Positions 61,566 through 64,000 of a stretch of 64,000 nt of DNA are shown in pieces (position 1 is the first letter of the stretch; every line of letters begins with the position of its first letter). Both the position numbers and the translations under genes were made by a program. The notes beneath the pieces were generated by a model. That model worked only from the letters and a program-made list of their open reading frames with translations, had not been told where the DNA came from and did no database searches. The DNA comes from Spirogloea muscicola (taxonomy: Eukaryota), in contig WELB01000019.1 in assembly GCA_009602725.1 (NCBI GenBank), positions 106,104 through 170,103 on the forward strand. The letters are read 5' to 3'.

Positions 61566-62480
61566 GATAATTTGCTCATTTTTTGCTCATGTTCGCTCTT
61601 GGACTAGATCGAGGACAGGAGCCTGACCACTTGCTGATGATAATCCGTATGTTCAAAGTCAGCCTCCAGGACTGAGGCGTGCATGCCACAATCAGAAACG
61701 GGGTGCTCTAGTTGATTGGCATTCCTCGGAAGAGAGGTGGTGCTTATTTCGATGCAGTGGCCAGGACTGTCACAGTTCGCAAGGAAGCAACATGCTTCTC
61801 GATCAATGAGCAAGCAGTGGAGGTGCGCTTATAGATAGTGCTCGCCCGTCGCTTAAAGGGCAGTCACAGCGTCCATCGTGCTGCAGTGATAGCACCAGCA
61901 GCATCACTGGTCTCAGATGTGTAATGGCATTGTTACACAGTATAACTCCTCCTTCAAACTCGTCGTAATATGCATAAGCTGACCACTACGTATCAACATT
62001 ACCACAGCCATGGAAGGGGCAGAACAAATCAGGACACCCTAACCCCTGGAGCACCCCTAACACACAGATGACCCTTAGATCATCCCTCTTGTGCTCGCCG
62101 CTCCCATTCTGCAGCCCCCGCCGCTTTAGAAGAGCTGCTTATTCTACTGAAGCAGGGCGACGGTTTTCCACCCTCTAGTTATTCTGATTTGCACCGTCCG
62201 ACTAGAGCCTATTGAGCGCCTCTTGCTGCCGTCTTGGGGACTAGTATCCTGCTTTTTGCGCCATCCGGCCCTTTCAGACTGTATCCATTCCTTTGGGCTG
62301 GCCCTCTCACAGCCATAGCCGAACAATCGGAAGAGCTTTTAAGCTACCGAGGGGCAGATGAGTACAGTAGGCCAGTTTACGGGCCAACGTTCCGCACATT
62401 GGTCGTTCTCCTCGACTCCACTTGACACTCAGACCTCCGCCGAGACTGCCACCGCCGCCGCCCGGGCAGGCCCCGCCGCC

Positions 62481-64000
62481 ATGGCGCCGGCGGCGGCGCT
62501 CGCGGACGGCCTGGCGGCCTTCCTGCGGAGCACCGCCGTGGGCGACCTGGTGGTGGCCAAGCAGCGCATCGCCGAGGTCCCGTACACGTCCACCGGTGCG
62601 GTGTCCAGCCGCTGGTCTCGCCACTGCGACAGCGCTCTCAGACGTGAAATCTTCGGATGACATGGCTCACTTAGTTGGAGCTTGAAGCTGGCTGCGGGAG
62701 CTCAGCGCAATGGCGGCCATGCCGCGGCGCTGCCGCTGGAGCCGCAGTCGGCGACGTGCTGCAGACGATGCTGATGCGGGACGTGACGGCGGTGCCGGTG
62801 GCGGCGCCGCCGGGCGAGTTCATCGGCGCCGGCGGCTCCAGGTGGGACCTGCGAGCCGCCCGGCGCAGCCGGCCATGAGGTGACCGGGACCAATGGAGCC
62901 GGCTTAGATGGAGACAGATGGACATCTGACTAAGAAGGCCACAGGTCGTCCACTGTGCTTCGCTTCGCTACATGTCCATGTCAGTGAAAAGGAAGTGGCG
63001 AAGGGGCGTCGTCTGAATCGTTTCGCTTGGGCACCGCGTGTAGCATTCTGGATTCGGACCCGCGCACGGGCATTGTGCGGAAGCAGGCGAGTGCTTGCTG
63101 CAGCCGGAGTGGCAGCTCATGCAATTTCTGCTCATAGCTCAGAGTCCAGCCTATAAATAGCTGGTGCTTCGGCATGGCCCTGGCTTTGGGCTGTCGTCTG
63201 CGCTCGGTATGTGCAGTCTCGTTCCCGCGGCAAGCCCCCCAATGGGCTGAAGAGTTTTGGCACCTGTTGCAGTACATTGGCATCGTGGACATGCTGGACG
63301 TGCTCATCCACCTGGCCGAGATCACTGGACAGGAGGCTGGGGAGGAGCAGCTCGAGACGCCAGTCGAGAGTAAGCTTCATGGCTTGACCTGCTCGTCGCC
63401 CTCCTCGCCAGGCCGAGCCAGACGAAGCCAAGCCGCTTGCCTCACACGACAAACAGTGACTTCAATTGGCGCGCAGGCATCATTGGACACTCGATGGAGG
63501 GCCTTAGCCTCTGGGCCATGGGGCCCTCAACGTCGTGAGCTGCCACCCTCCCCCTTTTCTTGCCCCCATTCAGGTGCTTGCTGGTGCCGGCTGAGGTCCG
63601 GGCCCTTGCACTTGCTCTCCTTATCGGACACGCTAAGCATCAGAATTCAAGGACCGCAAGCTTGAAGCCTGCAGTCTATCCTGGCGTCTGTGATTGATCT
63701 TGCTGGAACAAAAGGCAGGCCATTGGACATGGCCAGACTGTTGTCTTTTGAGAGTAGGAGACTAGTTGGAACCTTAAGTAAGTCAATCTCAGAAGCAATA
63801 AGCAGTTATTACAGGATGCTGGTGGATTAGAGTACTTGATTGAAGTTGGCCTTCCAAGGTATTGAGCTGGCAGCCTGCTAGGCTATTCAAAGAGCACTTG
63901 TTTCTGCAGGCTGTATGATGCACTGGAGCCACTGAGTAAAGGGGTCCACCGCATGCTCGTACCCTTTGAACCCACAAGCCCGCAGGTGTCTCACCATCCC
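62481..64000 (+). CDS. SnRK1 gamma-like CBS-domain protein of PV42 type; 5' part, probably continuing past the window
   Basis: RIAEVPYTST, AVPVAAPPGEFIGAGGS, ILDSDPRTGIVRKQ, YIGIVDMLDVLIHLA, IIGHSMEGLSLW. Confidence 0.85.

Noticed and set aside
62200..62342. Possible further retroelement 3' tail (gggctggcc...cagcc...ggaagagc)
   Set aside because: Resembles the B/D terminus but is too degenerate to call or delimit.

Overview
GC-rich, intron-rich eukaryotic genomic DNA from the green plant lineage. The CrRLK1L, PV42-like and SKIP14-like genes suggest a streptophyte, probably an alga (inference). Gene content: two tandem malectin-like (CrRLK1L) receptor kinases on the minus strand, the first with a TAC>TAA stop in its transmembrane helix; plant-type threonine synthase; splicing factor SF3B3; a taxilin; a CSN4 5' part and a CSN3 3' part separated by an assembly gap; a TM9SF/EMP70 gene; tubulin-folding cofactor D; two tandem SKIP14/28-like F-box genes, the first with an in-frame TAG; and the start of a PV42-like CBS protein. 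The most unusual structure is a ~9.6 kb nest (7470-17085) of non-LTR retrotransposon pieces with a restriction-like endonuclease (RLE, CRE-like). A smaller nest lies at 56310-57165 and solo copies occur elsewhere. At least five subfamilies (my labels A-E) appear mostly as 5'-truncated 3' ends stacked head to tail. They end in CT-rich tails rather than poly(A) and carry two kinds of conserved structured 3' terminus, one a possible pseudoknot with apparent covariation. A Harbinger/Tourist-like MITE and a probable solo LTR are also present. All family calls come from recognising motifs by eye; no searches were run, and boundaries inside the nests are approximate.
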